Part shown: positions 61,468 to 64,000 of the stretch, piece after piece
How the letters are laid out: every line of letters begins with the position of its first letter
Numbering within the stretch: position 1 is the first letter of the stretch
Origin: Gallionella sp.
Lineage (GTDB): Bacteria > Pseudomonadota > Gammaproteobacteria > Burkholderiales > Gallionellaceae
NCBI GenBank assembly: GCA_035654695.1
Contig: DASRWG010000001.1
Location: 7,157 to 71,156 of the forward strand
Length of the DNA stretch: 64,000 bases
Direction of reading: 5' to 3'
Position numbers and translations under genes: made by a program
Notes under the pieces: generated by a model
Told to the model about the DNA's origin: nothing
What the model saw: only the letters and a program-made list of their open reading frames with translations
Databases searched by the model: none

Positions 61468-61997
61468 GCCTATTGCATAAACAGCGCGGCAGCACCTTGC
61501 TGGTGGCGCTTGTCATGCTGGTGTTGTTGACGTTGATCGCGCTTTCCGCAATGAATGCGACGACGACCAGCATTCAGGTGGTCGGCAATGCGCAATTCCG
61601 CGAGGAGACGAATACTGCCGCGCAGCAGGCCATCGAGCATGTGATCAGCAGCAACTTCACTGCGGCTCCCGCGGCTTCGTCCGTTGCCGTCACCTTCGGG
61701 GCGGCGAACTATACCGTTGAGATCGATACCCCAACTTGCACCAGCTCTCTCGGCCTTTCCAATGCCATGCTGAACCCCGACATCGCAGCCGATGCCGTTT
61801 GTCTTGGCAGTGCCGCCGCAAGCAACACCGGGATCATGGTCTCCGGCGTTGCCGCAGCCATGCCAACCGCGCAATCCTGGTGCTATCAACAGAATTGGGA
61901 CATTCGTGCTTCAGTGAGCGATAGCGATACTGGAACGAATACGACCGTCCATCAGGGGGTGTTTACCCGGGTGCCAGCCGGGACGGAATGCCCGTAG
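61464..61997 (+). CDS. pilX: type IV pilus assembly protein PilX
   Basis: QRGSTLLVALVMLVLLTLIALSAM...GN.Q...A.QAIE. Confidence 0.88.
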   Translation: MSLLHKQRGSTLLVALVMLVLLTLIALSAMNATTTSIQVVGNAQFREETNTAAQQAIEHVISSNFTAAPAASSVAVTFGAANYTVEIDTPTCTSSLGLSNAMLNPDIAADAVCLGSAAASNTGIMVSGVAAAMPTAQSWCYQQNWDIRASVSDSDTGTNTTVHQGVFTRVPAGTECP

Positions 61998-62064
61998 TGT
62001 TGTACTGACTGAATATTGCTTCGCCAATATGAAATTATTAATTAATGCAGTCGGAGGTATCATT

Positions 62065-64000
62065 ATGAAAGCGATACGACTTATTTCAGCCAGTCTGTTG
62101 ATGGTCTTGATGGGCCACTCCACAGCGAGTCGGGCAGAGGATATCGATATTTACAGCGGCCTCGGCAGCAACACCAATGTGCCGAATGTGTTGCTCGTGA
62201 TGGACAACGCGGCCAATTTCTCTTCCAGCGCATCATTCACGACCTGCCCCATCGCCGATCCGGTCACCGGTGCAGTCACCAATGAGACCTTGACCCTGAC
62301 GGGAACCGTGGGTGGCATCGAGCAATGCGCTCTGTACAACGTCGTCAATGGGCTGCCTACCAATGCAGACGGTAGTGCGAGGATCAACATCGGCTTGATG
62401 GTCTACAACGCCAACAATATCCGTGACATCAACAACGCGAACTGTGGTGGAAGCAGCGGCGGCTGCCTTGCACAGCCGCTGATCCCGATGGATGCGGCCC
62501 ACAAGACCGCATTCCTGAACTGGGTAAAGACTTGGGTTACGACGGGCGGGGCGGGAAGCGGCTACATCAAGGCCGCCGGACAGGCCACCGCTGCTGCCAT
62601 GCAGGAAGCCTGGGCCTATTACCGGGGCGCGACCGGAATCTCCGGCCGAAATTATTCCGGTATCAAGCCGACCTCCGGTTGCCAGAAAAATTTTGTGATC
62701 TTCATCGGCAATTCGTTCAGCAGTTCCGGCACGCCCGGCGATGCACCCAGTTCCGCGCAGACCGCTCTTGAGGGCGCTCCCGGCGTGACGGCGGCGCAAA
62801 AAGCACTGATCCTGAATACCGTCAATACTTCCTATGCCTCTCTCGGTCTCACTTGTGGCTCGGGCTCGCACACTTTCCCCAGCTCGGCTCACGAGACCAA
62901 GGGATACTATGCCGATGAATGGGCGCGATACATGTACCAGGCCGACCTGTATAGCGACAATCCCACGGGCAAGCAAAACATCGTCAGCTACAGCGTCGGC
63001 ATTCTGGGTTCTTCCTGCCAGGCGGAATATGCCGCGACCCTGACGAATATCGCGACATATGGCGGAGGAAAATATTTTCCCACGACGGACTACGGCGGCC
63101 TGGTTGTCGCCATCCTGAAGATCCTCAACGAAGTGCAAGCGGTCAATAGCGTGTTCTCGTCTTCCAGCCTGCCGGTCAGTGTGAATGCCCAAGGCACCTA
63201 CCTGAACCAGATTTACATGGGGATGTTCCGTCCCGATTCGGGCGCGCTGCCAAGGTGGGCAGGTAATCTGAAACAGTACCAATTCACGATCGACTCGGCC
63301 ACGGGCAGCCTGAATTTGGGGGACAGTGTGGGTAACCTGGCGCTCGATTCCTCTGGCACGGGCTTCCTTTCGCCCAATGCAATCAGTTTCTGGACCTGTA
63401 CCAATACGGCGCTCAACTCCTATCCGTCGACTCATTTGACGGCGGCACAGCAGGCATTACTGGTAGCCAACAACCAGACTAACGTCAGCAGTTCTTGTGT
63501 CGAACCGGCCAGTGGTTTCTGGGGGAACAGCCCCAGTAGCGCTAATGCCGCGGCATTGGGATTCGACCTGCCGGATGGCGAGCTGGTGGAGAGGGGCGGT
63601 GCAGCCCAGCAGATGCGCCATACCAGTCTGTCCGTGAACTACACCGCATCGCCTGCCGCGCCGCGCAAACTCTATACCTTCTGCCCAAGCGGAGCGAGTT
63701 GCAATGCGGACCTGACCAATGCCGCCAATGCCTTTGCCACTTCCAATGCCAGCCTCACGGCGGGCATGTTTGGTTCTTCCTCCAGCGTGAATGTCTCGAC
63801 CCTCACGCGCTCGGGCACCACGGCAACAGTCGCGACCTCTGGCAACCATGGATTCACGACGGGCGATTCCATCGCCATCGCCAACGCTTCGCCGAGCGGC
63901 TACAACGGCACCTTCACCATAACGAGGGTGGACAACACGCATTTCACCTATCCCATCACCGAATATCCGCCAACGACGGCAACGGGCAGTTATACCGCCA
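62065..64000 (+). CDS. pilY1: PilY1/PilC-type pilus tip adhesin, N-terminal part (3' truncated by window edge)
   Basis: GGAGG SD; signal peptide then EDIDIY...PNVLLVMDN (vWA-like), CQKNFVIFIGN, NEVQAVNSVF.S.SLPV, YMGMFRP....PRW.GNLKQY. Follows pilX. Translated by eye, absent from the ORF track. Confidence 0.88.
   Translation, partial: MKAIRLISASLLMVLMGHSTASRAEDIDIYSGLGSNTNVPNVLLVMDNAANFSSSASFTTCPIADPVTGAVTNETLTLTGTVGGIEQCALYNVVNGLPTNADGSARINIGLMVYNANNIRDINNANCGGSSGGCLAQPLIPMDAAHKTAFLNWVKTWVTTGGAGSGYIKAAGQATAAAMQEAWAYYRGATGISGRNYSGIKPTSGCQKNFVIFIGNSFSSSGTPGDAPSSAQTALEGAPGVTAAQKALILNTVNTSYASLGLTCGSGSHTFPSSAHETKGYYADEWARYMYQADLYSDNPTGKQNIVSYSVGILGSSCQAEYAATLTNIATYGGGKYFPTTDYGGLVVAILKILNEVQAVNSVFSSSSLPVSVNAQGTYLNQIYMGMFRPDSGALPRWAGNLKQYQFTIDSATGSLNLGDSVGNLALDSSGTGFLSPNAISFWTCTNTALNSYPSTHLTAAQQALLVANNQTNVSSSCVEPASGFWGNSPSSANAAALGFDLPDGELVERGGAAQQMRHTSLSVNYTASPAAPRKLYTFCPSGASCNADLTNAANAFATSNASLTAGMFGSSSSVNVSTLTRSGTTATVATSGNHGFTTGDSIAIANASPSGYNGTFTITRVDNTHFTYPITEYPPTTATGSYTA

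Overview
The window looks betaproteobacterial; Gallionellaceae-like is an inference from gene content and order. It has three parts. (1) 1-11028 is core genome: TrmH 3' end, rpsF-priB-rpsR-rplI, dnaB, tRNA-Val, thrS-infC-rpmI-rplT, pheST, ihfA, merR-like and tRNA-Pro(GGG). (2) About 11029-49980 is a ~39 kb island bounded by the tRNA-Pro 3' end (11001-11028) and a degenerate copy of it (49953-49980, 25/28 identical). No integrase remains. The island encodes an apparently complete Afp/PVC-type contractile injection system (CIS) in DUF4255-first order: tail terminator, sheath, two tubes, LysM/hub, VgrG spike, gp25, two baseplate wedges, short fibre, a 2517-aa modular tape-measure-like protein and an AAA+ ATPase. 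An unusual accessory block follows. It holds a signal-peptide/peptidoglycan-binding/helical-repeat/degenerate-GH18/3-TM protein, a SAM methyltransferase, and three DUF4157 effectors with a colinear 307-nt core and swapped AT-rich C-termini (two predicted His-Me nucleases, one unknown). It also holds a secreted double RCC1 propeller, a cNMP-domain SLC13/DASS transporter with a substrate-binding-like protein, a 47-aa Zn-ribbon and a DUF4280 PAAR-like tip. No lysis genes and no clear immunity genes are visible. (3) 50041-64000 is core genome again: surE-pcm-nlpD, radical SAM, a small minus-strand gene, rep, DUF455, MASE1 kinase/ANTAR regulator and a type IV minor-pilin cluster (pilE, fimT-like, pilV, pilW, pilX, partial pilY1). 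The best candidate for something undescribed is the CIS accessory block, possibly an envelope-tethered CIS with a sensing/transport module and a polymorphic DUF4157 effector set. All family assignments come from motif recognition by eye; no database searches were run.
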